This document shows, in pieces, positions 16,379 to 24,191 of a DNA stretch of 32,000 nt. The stretch covers positions 1,080,001 to 1,112,000 of the forward strand of contig NC_008698.1 in assembly GCF_000015225.1 (NCBI RefSeq), in the 5' to 3' direction. The notes beneath the pieces are model-generated. The model saw only the letters and a program-made list of their open reading frames with translations. It ran no database searches and was not told where the DNA came from. The DNA is from Thermofilum pendens Hrk 5 (GTDB lineage: Archaea; Thermoproteota; Thermoprotei; Thermofilales; Thermofilaceae). The position numbers were made by a program, and so were the translations under genes. The first letter of the stretch is position 1; the number at the start of each line of letters is the position of its first letter.

Positions 16379-17055
16379 GCCTCACACCCCACCTTTCTCA
16401 AAACGTCTAGGGGGTTGAGCCCTTCGAAGCTCTCAACGGTGTAGTTGGCCCCGCTACCCGCGAGCCTAGGGTTGAAGCAGCCCACGACCTTGAAGCCCAG
16501 GAGCCTCCCGGCCTCGACTCCAGCCGGCGAATCTTCGAAGAGAACGTTACAAGCTACGGCGGGCCACCGCTCCCTGACTACTCTCAGCGCGGAGGAGAGG
16601 ACTTCGTCCTTGGATCTACCGCTCCCACTGACGTCTGCGTCGAAAAGCCCCAAGAGGGATGGCTCCTTCCTCAAGACGACGAGGACGTTGCGGGACGCGG
16701 AGGCGAGCACCTGGGGTATTCCTTCTCTGCGCGCATAGCTAATGAAGTTGACAACGTCGCGGCGCACCCTGTACCTCCCTTCGCCGACTAGCCGGAGGTA
16801 TATCTCGGTCTTCCTCTCGGCGAACTCGGCTACTCGCTTCTCGAAGTCAGGTTGCGAGGGGCTCAGCCCACCCAGCATGGAAAGCACATTCCTAGCCCCC
16901 TCCAGCCTTGGACGCCCGGACACGTACTCCTCGTAGAACTCGTGGTCGAAGCCCTCTAACCCCCACTCACGGCACGCCGCCGCCCAGGCTTCTTCGTGCG
17001 GCGTCTCGACGATTACTCCGTCGAAGTCCCAGACGAAGGATGCCTTGACACGCAC
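16375..17055 (-). CDS. pgmB: beta-phosphoglucomutase (HAD family)
   Basis: HAD motif [11 protein letters not shown], motif II ASASRN and motif [13 protein letters not shown]. Classic pairing with a GH65 phosphorylase. GTG start at 17055. Confidence 0.8.
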   Translation of the reverse strand: MRVKASFVWDFDGVIVETPHEEAWAAACREWGLEGFDHEFYEEYVSGRPRLEGARNVLSMLGGLSPSQPDFEKRVAEFAERKTEIYLRLVGEGRYRVRRDVVNFISYARREGIPQVLASASRNVLVVLRKEPSLLGLFDADVSGSGRSKDEVLSSALRVVRERWPAVACNVLFEDSPAGVEAGRLLGFKVVGCFNPRLAGSGANYTVESFEGLNPLDVLRKVGCEA

Positions 17056-17056
17056 A

Positions 17057-17073
17057 TACTACTTCGAATAGTA
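17057..17073. promoter_or_regulatory. second candidate TrmB operator TACTACTTCGAATAGTA
   Basis: Identical to the 12037-12053 palindrome at 13 of 17 positions. Lies between the TATA box (17077-17086) and the GTG start (17055) of the pgmB-GH65 operon. Confidence 0.55.
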
Positions 17074-17076
17074 AAC

Positions 17077-17086
17077 AATTATAAAC
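17077..17086 (-). promoter_or_regulatory. TATA box (GTTTATAATT on minus strand) for the pgmB-GH65 operon
   Basis: Centred about 27 nt upstream of the GTG at 17055, which fits a leaderless transcript. Confidence 0.6.
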
Positions 17087-17136
17087 TTTCCCTTGATAAG
17101 CCGGCGGAGGGCTACCAGGGAGCTCCGCGCGAAAGG

Positions 17137-17144
17137 CTTTTTAG
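17137..17144 (+). promoter_or_regulatory. TATA-like box (CTTTTTAG) for the pyrB operon
   Basis: Centred about 32 nt upstream of the TTG at 17173. Confidence 0.4.
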
Positions 17145-17172
17145 CCGGGGCGGCGGGGTTTGGAGCGGGCAT

Positions 17173-18120
17173 TTGGTTTCGGGTTTAGGGTCTCGTGGGA
17201 ACCCCTTCTACGGTAGGGACGTCCTGTCGATACTCGACTTCTCGAGGAGCGACCTCGAGTACCTCTTCGCGGAGGCGGACAGGGTTCGGCGCGACCCCTC
17301 GGCGTTCAGCGGGGAGCTGAGGGGCTACGTGTTGGCGACTGCCTTCTTCGAGCCCAGCACCAGGACGAGGCTGAGCTTCCAGGCGGCGATGCTGAGGCTC
17401 GGCGGCTCCTGCATAGACCTGGGCGAGCTCGAGAAGAGCTCTATAGCTAAGGGGGAGAACTTCGCGGATACCGTGAGGATGCTCGACGCCTACGCGGACG
17501 TCATAGTCGTTAGGCACAGGCTTGAGGGGGCGGCGAGGTTCGCGGCGGAGGTGGCGGAGAAGCCGGTTATAAACGCCGGCGACGGAAAGAGGCACCACCC
17601 CACGCAGGCCATGCTCGACCTGTACTCCGTCAAGACGCTGAAGGGCTCTGTGGACGGGCTGGTCTACGGGGTTCTCGGGGACTTGAAGTACGGGAGGGCT
17701 GCCGCGAGCTTCATCCTGGGGCTTTCCCTGTTCAAGCCGAGGAAGGTCTACCTTATATCGCCGGGGCTTCTCAAGGCGCGGGAAGACGTGAAGGAGGCCT
17801 TGAGGGAGAGGGGTGTGGGCTTCGAGGAGGTAGAGTCCCCGTCGGAGGTGATCGGCGAGCTCGACGTGCTCTACGTTACGAGGATCCAGCGGGAGCGCTT
17901 CCCGGACCCCTCCGAGTACGAGAAGGTCAGGGGTAGCTACGTCGTGGACTCGAAGTTGCTGAGGAACGCTAAGGAGGGCTTGATCGTGCTCCACCCGCTT
18001 CCACGCGTAGACGAGATCTCGTTCGACGTCGACGGGACTCCTCACGCCAAGTACTTCGAGCAGGCAAGGCTGGGCATCCCCCTGAGGATGGCTTTGCTGA
18101 AGCTCGTCTTGAAGGGGTGA
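17173..18120 (+). CDS. pyrB: aspartate carbamoyltransferase catalytic subunit
   Basis: [12 protein letters not shown] (STRTR), HPTQAMLD and [10 protein letters not shown]. The TTG at 17173 is the first start downstream of the divergent pgmB gene. The track start at 16996 is antisense to pgmB. Confidence 0.9.
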   Translation: MVSGLGSRGNPFYGRDVLSILDFSRSDLEYLFAEADRVRRDPSAFSGELRGYVLATAFFEPSTRTRLSFQAAMLRLGGSCIDLGELEKSSIAKGENFADTVRMLDAYADVIVVRHRLEGAARFAAEVAEKPVINAGDGKRHHPTQAMLDLYSVKTLKGSVDGLVYGVLGDLKYGRAAASFILGLSLFKPRKVYLISPGLLKAREDVKEALRERGVGFEEVESPSEVIGELDVLYVTRIQRERFPDPSEYEKVRGSYVVDSKLLRNAKEGLIVLHPLPRVDEISFDVDGTPHAKYFEQARLGIPLRMALLKLVLKG

Positions 18121-18126
18121 GGGGGC

Positions 18127-18606
18127 TTGGAGGAAGGGTTGCTCGTCAGGAAGATTAGGGAGGGCACGGTGATCGACCACATACCCGCCGGGAGGGCTCT
18201 CAACGTGCTGAAGATCCTCGGACTCACGGGCCGGGAGGGCTTAACGATAGCGGTGGTCATGAACGTTCCGAGCAGGAAGCTCGGGGTGAAGGACATAGTG
18301 AAGGTCGAGAAGAGGTTCCTCGAGCCCTCCGAGGTGGACAAGATAGCCCTCATAGCCCCGTCCGCCACTATAAACATAATCAGGGACTTCCAGGTAGCGT
18401 CGAAGAGGCGCGTCGAGCCACCCGCGGTGGTTACAGGCATACTGCGCTGCCCGAACCCCAACTGCGTCACGAACTCGGAGCGGGAGCCCGTCACCCCGAG
18501 GTTCGTCAGGGTTTCCCTCAGCCCGCTGAAACTCAAGTGCGCGTACTGCGAGGAAACGCTCAGCGAGGCCGAGATCGTAGACCAGCTCGTGAGCCCCTAT
18601 GGGTAG
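18127..18606 (+). CDS. pyrI: aspartate carbamoyltransferase regulatory subunit
   Basis: [27 protein letters not shown], plus the Zn-binding motifs CPNPNC...CAYC. TTG start preceded by the SD-like GGGGTGAGGGGG. Confidence 0.9.
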   Translation: MEEGLLVRKIREGTVIDHIPAGRALNVLKILGLTGREGLTIAVVMNVPSRKLGVKDIVKVEKRFLEPSEVDKIALIAPSATINIIRDFQVASKRRVEPPAVVTGILRCPNPNCVTNSEREPVTPRFVRVSLSPLKLKCAYCEETLSEAEIVDQLVSPYG

Positions 18607-19894
18607 AGCGTTCGACCTCGTGGTCACCGGGAAGGCCTACATCGGCGGCAGGGTAGTCGAGGCGTCCATAGGCGTTGAGGACGGCAGGATAGCGGCTGTG
18701 TCCTCGCCGGCTCTGGCGGGGAGCGCCGAGGAGAGAATCGAGCTGGGCAAAGGCTACCTCGTGCTCCCGGGCATGGTGGACATACACGTGCACATGCGGG
18801 AGCCGGGGCAGGAGTACAAGGAGGACTGGCGCACCGGGTCGCGGGCCGCCGTCAAGGGGGGAGTGACCTTCGTGGCAGACATGCCTAACAACAAGCCTCC
18901 AGCTAACACCTGCGAGAGGCTCGCCGAGAAGCTCAGAAGGGCGGGGGAGAAGTCCCTCGTAGACTTCGCGTTCTATGCGGGCTTCTCGGAGAACCCCGAG
19001 GAGTTGCTACGGTGCCCGGAGCTCTTCGTGGGCGGGAAGCTCTACCCAGAGGAGCTCTTTTCGCGGTCAGCCGCTTACTTCGCGCGCCTCATGGCGAAGC
19101 TCGGGAAGCCGCTCGTAGTGCACGCGGAGGATCCGAGCATGTTCCGCGAGTCCAGGGGCTTGCCCCACAGCTACGCGAGGCCCCCCGAGGCCGAGCTGAG
19201 CGGAGTGAGGAGGGCCCTGAGGCTCTGCGGGGAGGCCGGGGCATGGGTACATGTAACGCACGTGAGCACTGGCGCCGCGGTGACGGAGCTCCTCTCGGCG
19301 AAGCTCTCGGGTCTCAAGGCCACGTTCGACGTTACGCCCCACCACGCACTCCTCACCGACTCCCTCTACTCGACTACTCTCAGCAGGATCGCCAAGGTGA
19401 ACCCGCCGCTGAGAGGCGAGGCGGACAGGTCGGCGGTCTACTCCGCGCTGGCGCGGGGGCTCCCGGACGCGCTCGTAACGGACCACGCGCCCCACTCGCC
19501 GGAGGAGAAGGCCTCGGAAGACCCACCCCCGGGCTTCCCGGGGCTCGAGCTCGCTCTCCACCTGCTACTCAGCGAGGTGCTCGCCGGCAGGCTACCGCTC
19601 GGCGTTATCGACCTCTACAGCTCCAGGCCGGCGTCCCTCCTCGGCGTCGAAAAGGGGGCTATAGCCGTGGGGATGGACGCTGACCTCGTGGTCGTTAAGA
19701 GGGAGGAGTGGGTTGTGAGGGGCGACGAGATGGTGTCGAAGGCCAGGTACACCCCCTTCGAGGGCTGGCGCCTCTCGACGAAGACGCACGCAGTCTTCGT
19801 GCGCGGCAGGATGGTCTACGCCGAGGGAGAGTTCTTCGAAGACGCGAGGGGCTCTCTGCGCGCCCCCCGGGGGGCTCCGGAGCGGTGGTGGTGA
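18599..19894 (+). CDS. pyrC: dihydroorotase
   Basis: Metal-binding [12 protein letters not shown] (HxH). Amidohydrolase size of 431 aa. Overlaps the pyrI end by 8 nt. Confidence 0.9.
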   Translation: MGRAFDLVVTGKAYIGGRVVEASIGVEDGRIAAVSSPALAGSAEERIELGKGYLVLPGMVDIHVHMREPGQEYKEDWRTGSRAAVKGGVTFVADMPNNKPPANTCERLAEKLRRAGEKSLVDFAFYAGFSENPEELLRCPELFVGGKLYPEELFSRSAAYFARLMAKLGKPLVVHAEDPSMFRESRGLPHSYARPPEAELSGVRRALRLCGEAGAWVHVTHVSTGAAVTELLSAKLSGLKATFDVTPHHALLTDSLYSTTLSRIAKVNPPLRGEADRSAVYSALARGLPDALVTDHAPHSPEEKASEDPPPGFPGLELALHLLLSEVLAGRLPLGVIDLYSSRPASLLGVEKGAIAVGMDADLVVVKREEWVVRGDEMVSKARYTPFEGWRLSTKTHAVFVRGRMVYAEGEFFEDARGSLRAPRGAPERWW

Positions 19895-19899
19895 GCGGC

Positions 19900-20700
19900 A
19901 TGGGGTACACCAGGGCTAGGGTGGCGGAGGTCCTGGACCTAGCCCCCTCCGTGAAGATGTACATCCTCGAGCTTTCCAGGCCCTTCGGCTCCCAGCCCGG
20001 CCAGTACGTCATGGTGTGGCTCCCCGGGGTTGGCGAGTTCCCCGTCAGCGTGGCCGGCGAGAAGGGCGGCGCACTCAGGCTCGTTGTCGCGAGGAAGGGT
20101 AGGGCTACCGGCTACATGCACGAGAGGGTCGCGGAGGGGGGCTACGTGTTCGTGAGGGGGCCGCTCGGGAGGGGCTTCAGGCTCGACGCGCGTAAAGCCC
20201 TGCTGGTGGGCGGGGGGTACGGGGCAGCCCCCCTGCTCTACCTGGCAGAAAGGTTGTCCGGGGCCGGGGCAACTGTGCACGCGGTGCTGGGTTTCCGGTC
20301 GCGCGAGCACGCCCTGCTGGTCGAGGACTTCAGGAGGGTTGCCGGGGAGGTCTGGGTCGCGACGGAGGATGGTAGCGAGGGCTTTAAGGGTACAGCGGTC
20401 GACCTCTTCGAGCGCGTTTTCCCGGGCGGGGGCTACGACGCCGTCTACACGTGCGGGAAGGAGCTGATGATGGAGAAGGTCGTGAGGAGGGCCGTGGAGG
20501 CGGGGGTGAGGGTTCAGGCGTCCCTTGAGAGGATAATCAAGTGCGGAGTCGGCGTCTGCGGGGCGTGCGCCTTGGAGCCGCTGGGGCTGAGGGTGTGCTC
20601 GGACGGACCGGTCTTCGACGGGGAGACCCTGCTATCGCTGGAGGACTTCGGTAGGTACTGGCGCGACCACTCGGGAAGGAGGGTCCCGTTGCCCCCGTGA
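19900..20700 (+). CDS. pyrK: dihydroorotate dehydrogenase electron-transfer subunit (FAD / 2Fe-2S)
   Basis: C-terminal cluster motif CGVGVCGACA...C and a ferredoxin-reductase-like fold pattern. Start is ATG 19900, or GTG 19891 overlapping the pyrC stop. The track start at 19708 lies inside pyrC. Confidence 0.85.
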   Translation: MGYTRARVAEVLDLAPSVKMYILELSRPFGSQPGQYVMVWLPGVGEFPVSVAGEKGGALRLVVARKGRATGYMHERVAEGGYVFVRGPLGRGFRLDARKALLVGGGYGAAPLLYLAERLSGAGATVHAVLGFRSREHALLVEDFRRVAGEVWVATEDGSEGFKGTAVDLFERVFPGGGYDAVYTCGKELMMEKVVRRAVEAGVRVQASLERIIKCGVGVCGACALEPLGLRVCSDGPVFDGETLLSLEDFGRYWRDHSGRRVPLPP

Positions 20701-20701
20701 G

Positions 20702-21610
20702 GTGGCGTCGATGGTGGAGCTCTCTGTGGAGGTCGCCGGGTTGCGGCTGAGGAACCCCGTCGTAGTGGCGTCGGGAGTCCTCGGGGTCAGCGTCGGGCTC
20801 ATGAAGAGGGCTGAGGACGCGGGCGCAGGCGCCGTCACCTCGAAGACCGTGACGCTGAACCCCAGGGAGGGCTACCCCAACCCCGTGGTCTACGAGCTGG
20901 ACTACGGGCTCGTGAACTCTATGGGACTCCCGAACCCCGGCGCAGAGGAGATGGGAAGGATCCTGCGCGAAGCCAGGCGGGTCCTCGGCATACCGGTCAT
21001 CGCGAGCATAGGGGCGAGCACGCCCGACGAGGCGCTACGCATCGCAGAGGCGCTCGAGGGCTTCGACGCCCTAGAGCTCAACGCGAGTTGCCCGCACGTG
21101 AAGGGGCTGGGAGCAGACCTCATGTCCGACCCCGACGCCGTTTACGGCATAGTCTCCGCCCTCAAGTCCTCCGGGTACAGGGTCTTCCTGAAGCTGAGCC
21201 CCCACGGGGACTACCTGGCGGTCGCGAGGAAGGCTTACAGCGCCGGCGTCGACGGGTTCACGGCGATAAACACCGCGAAAGCCATGGTAATCGACGTCTA
21301 CGCCAGGAAGCCCGTGCTGGGGGGAGTCGTGGGAGGGCTCTCGGGCAGGGCGATACACCCCATAGCGGTCAGGGTCGTCTACGAGTTGCACCGAGAGTTC
21401 CCCGAAGTCCCCGTAATAGGCACCGGGGGCGTAGAGGGGTGGGTCGAGGCGGTCGAGCTGATCCTCGCGGGCGCGTCCGCCGTAGGGGTCGGCACCGCCC
21501 TCAAGAGGGGCTTCGAGGTCATAGGGGAGATCCTGGGGGGCATCGAGAGGTACCTGCGGGACGAGGGCTTCCCAAGCGTTGAGAGCATAGTGGGGCTAGC
21601 GCACAAGTAG
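20702..21610 (+). CDS. pyrD: dihydroorotate dehydrogenase catalytic subunit (class 1B)
   Basis: NSMGLPNPG, ELNASCPHV (Cys catalytic base, class 1) and IGTGGV. Directly follows pyrK. Confidence 0.9.
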   Translation: MASMVELSVEVAGLRLRNPVVVASGVLGVSVGLMKRAEDAGAGAVTSKTVTLNPREGYPNPVVYELDYGLVNSMGLPNPGAEEMGRILREARRVLGIPVIASIGASTPDEALRIAEALEGFDALELNASCPHVKGLGADLMSDPDAVYGIVSALKSSGYRVFLKLSPHGDYLAVARKAYSAGVDGFTAINTAKAMVIDVYARKPVLGGVVGGLSGRAIHPIAVRVVYELHREFPEVPVIGTGGVEGWVEAVELILAGASAVGVGTALKRGFEVIGEILGGIERYLRDEGFPSVESIVGLAHK

Positions 21611-21696
21611 CGGGGCTCAGCAAGGGAGACTGGAAGCCTCCTCACCGCTCAGAGAGGTCCCCACACATCAGCGCCTACAGCCATCACCGCGCCCCC

Positions 21697-21711
21697 TGTT
21701 TATCTCTTTTT
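21697..21711 (+). terminator. T-rich terminator region (TGTTTATCTCTTTTT) for the pyrBICKD operon
   Basis: Only oligo-T run in the 110-nt convergent gap after pyrD. Confidence 0.45.
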
Positions 21712-21721
21712 CCCCCGCGGG

Positions 21722-22375
21722 CTAGGCTTCCCCCACCCACTCCTTCAGGAACCTCTCGAGGAACTCCTCCATGAACCTGTGCCTACCCTCGGCGATCCTC
21801 CTCGCAGGCTCTGTGTTCAGGGTGTCCTTCACCTTGAGTAACTTCTCGTAGAAGTGGTTGACAACGGTCTCCGAATGTCCGTCGTACCTCTCCTTCGGGG
21901 GCTTAGAGGGGTCGTAGAAGGGCGTGCCGCGAGCCCCTCCCCTCGCGAAGGCCCTTGCCACCCCGATAGCCCCAAGAGCGTCAAGCCTGTCCGCGTCCTG
22001 GAGTATCTGGGCCTCGATGCTGGAAGGCCTCCCGCCTCCCCTGTACCTGTGCGCCTCGATGCAGTACGCAACTCTCTCGATCTTATCCTCCGGGAAGCCC
22101 ACCCTCTTCAGGATCTCGCGGGCGATCCTCGCCCCCTCCCGGGCGTGGTCCTCGACGAGCCCCTCGTCCTCCATGGACCTAGCCACGTCGTGCAGGATCG
22201 CGGCTGCTCCGAGAACCTCCAGGTCGACCCCCGCGCCAAGCTCCCTGGCTATGCGCATCGCCAGCCTGTAGACTCTCTCCACGTGCGAGAGATCGTGGTG
22301 CGAGCCTCTGTAGAACTTCACAGCCTCCTCGGCGACCCTCCTGAGCATCTCGCCCTCTACTACCTCCAGGAGCAC
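21722..22375 (-). CDS. HD-domain metal-dependent phosphohydrolase
   Basis: H...HD signature: SHHDLSHVERV ... AAILHDVAR ... DADRLDALG. 217 aa. TATA box CTCTTATAG about 26 nt upstream of the GTG at 22375. Confidence 0.85.
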   Translation of the reverse strand: MLLEVVEGEMLRRVAEEAVKFYRGSHHDLSHVERVYRLAMRIARELGAGVDLEVLGAAAILHDVARSMEDEGLVEDHAREGARIAREILKRVGFPEDKIERVAYCIEAHRYRGGGRPSSIEAQILQDADRLDALGAIGVARAFARGGARGTPFYDPSKPPKERYDGHSETVVNHFYEKLLKVKDTLNTEPARRIAEGRHRFMEEFLERFLKEWVGEA

Positions 22376-22426
22376 GCCTCAACCCACGAAGCCCGGCTAT
22401 AAGAGCCTTACGTGACGCGCGAAAAG

Positions 22427-22435
22427 GCTTTTAGG
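22427..22435 (+). promoter_or_regulatory. TATA box (GCTTTTAGG) for pyrG
   Basis: Centred 26 nt upstream of the ATG at 22457. Confidence 0.5.
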
Positions 22436-22456
22436 TGCGTAGCCGCATAACCGTCT

Positions 22457-24124
22457 ATGCAGACCCGCTACGTATTCGTGACTGGCGGTGTTGTCAGCGG
22501 GCTCGGGAAGGGGGCTGTCGCGGCTTCGATAGGGAAGCTCATGCAGCTCCGGGGCTTCAAGGTCGACATGATAAAGATCGACCCCTACCTCAACGTCGAC
22601 CCGGGGACACTCAACCCCGTCGAGCACGGAGAGGTCTTCGTCTGCGAGGAGGTGTGGGAGTTTGAGCCGGCGCCGGGCTACAGGTTCACGATAGCCGAGA
22701 TAGACCAGGACTTCGGGACCTACGAGCGCTTCCTCGACGTCAACATGCACCCCTCGAACAACATCACGTCGGGGCAGGTCTACCTCAGCGTCATCCTGAA
22801 GGAGCGCATGGGGGAGTACCTGGGCAGGACGATCCAAGTGATACCCCATGTCACGGAGGAGATAAAGAGGAGGATAAGGGCCGTCGCCGAGAGGAGTAGG
22901 CCCGACGTGCTCGTAGTCGAGGTCGGCGGCACCGTGGGAGACATAGAGGCTATGCCTTTCCTCGAGGCCATCCGCCAGTTCAGGCTGGAGTATCCGCCGG
23001 GCTACACCGCGCTCGTACACGTGACGCTGGTGCCCTACCTTTCGTCTCTCGGCCAGCTGAAGACGAAGCCCACGCAGCACAGCGTGAAGGAGCTCCAGAG
23101 CATGGGGCTTCAGCCGGACGTGGTTATAGGCAGGTCCGACAGGCCCCTCCCAGAGGATATCCGCAGGAAGATAGCCCTCTACTCCAGCGTACCGCTGGAA
23201 GCGGTGTTCTCCGACCCCGACCTGGAGTCTGTGTACCTCCTGCCCGTAGTCCTGGAGGAGCAGGGGCTCGGGGACTACCTCTGCAGGGTACTCCGCCTCG
23301 ACGGGCGGCTGGACGCCGCGCGCTTCGAGGAGTGGAGGAGGGTCGCCGAGAGGTTCGTGAAGTACAGCGAGGAGGTGGTCGTCGCCATGCCCGGTAAGTA
23401 CACGATGATACAGGATTCCTATATCAGCATAAACGAGGCTCTCTCCCACGCGGGGGCCCACCTAGGCGCGAAGGTGAAGAGGCTCTACATCGAGGCGGAG
23501 GACATAGAAGAGAACCCCGAGAAGGTGAGGGAGGTTCTCGACTCGTCGCACGGTATACTGCTGACGCCGGGCTTCGGGTCCCGGGGCGTCGAGGGCATGA
23601 TCCAAGCCGCGAGGTACGCGCTGGACACCGGGAAGCCGTTCCTCGGGATATGCTTCGGCGCGCAACTACTATTCGTGGCGTTCATGAGGTACAGGGTCGG
23701 CCTCGCCGGCGCCCACTCGACGGAGATAGACCCGGAGACCCCCCACCCGGTAGTCGACCTCCTCCCCGAGCAGAAGGGGGTCGCGTTCAAGGGGGGAACG
23801 ATGAGGCTCGGCGCCCACCCCGTGAAGGTAGTCCCCGGGACGAGGCTCTTCGAGGCCTACAAGTCCGAGCTCATCTACGAGAGGTTCAGGCACCGCTACC
23901 ACATCAACCCCGCGTACCGCGAGCTCGCCGAGAGGCACGGTCTCGTCGTCTCGTCCACGGATCCCTCGGGCAGGATTATAAACTCGATAGAGGTTGCGGG
24001 TGACGCCTGGATAGTCGGGGTACAGTTCCACCCGGAGTTCAAGAGCAGGCCCGCGAGGCCATCGCCCGTCTACCTAGAGTTCCTCAAGGCGGCTCTAAGG
24101 TACAAGCGGGCCCGCGGAGGCTAG
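22457..24124 (+). CDS. pyrG: CTP synthase
   Basis: N-terminus YVFVTGGVVSGLGKG. Glutamine amidotransferase nucleophile region GICFGAQL, and VGVQFHPEFKSRP. 555 aa. Confidence 0.95.
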   Translation: MQTRYVFVTGGVVSGLGKGAVAASIGKLMQLRGFKVDMIKIDPYLNVDPGTLNPVEHGEVFVCEEVWEFEPAPGYRFTIAEIDQDFGTYERFLDVNMHPSNNITSGQVYLSVILKERMGEYLGRTIQVIPHVTEEIKRRIRAVAERSRPDVLVVEVGGTVGDIEAMPFLEAIRQFRLEYPPGYTALVHVTLVPYLSSLGQLKTKPTQHSVKELQSMGLQPDVVIGRSDRPLPEDIRRKIALYSSVPLEAVFSDPDLESVYLLPVVLEEQGLGDYLCRVLRLDGRLDAARFEEWRRVAERFVKYSEEVVVAMPGKYTMIQDSYISINEALSHAGAHLGAKVKRLYIEAEDIEENPEKVREVLDSSHGILLTPGFGSRGVEGMIQAARYALDTGKPFLGICFGAQLLFVAFMRYRVGLAGAHSTEIDPETPHPVVDLLPEQKGVAFKGGTMRLGAHPVKVVPGTRLFEAYKSELIYERFRHRYHINPAYRELAERHGLVVSSTDPSGRIINSIEVAGDAWIVGVQFHPEFKSRPARPSPVYLEFLKAALRYKRARGG

Positions 24125-24191
24125 CCACTGCTTATTAAGCTTGATGCACATCGAAAATATAGTGTTTTTGCGGCGTAGAAAAGCGGTTGGC

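Noticed and set aside
17185-18180. 331-aa ORF on the minus strand
   Set aside because: It is antisense to pyrB and the pyrI start, has low-complexity Pro/Arg/Leu/Gln composition, and is a GC-driven open frame.
21617-21687. C/D-box-like words on the minus strand (GTGATGG, CTGATG, GTGAGGA, two CTGA) in the pyrD/HD convergent gap
   Set aside because: The box spacing does not fit the C-12-D'-C'-12-D layout (guides of 9 and 18 nt, or overlapping D'/C'), and there is no terminal stem. It is probably chance.
22397-23461. 354-aa ORF on the minus strand
   Set aside because: It lies entirely antisense to the well-supported CTP synthase gene. The composition is Arg/Pro/His/Leu-rich, typical of shadow frames in GC-rich DNA, and there is no motif or promoter.
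24130-24140. Palindrome GCTTA-T-TAAGC just downstream of the pyrG stop
   Set aside because: It is short and AT-rich and is equally explained as an alternative TATA box for the 24141-26288 gene (26 nt from the GTG at 24162). This is not enough to call an operator.
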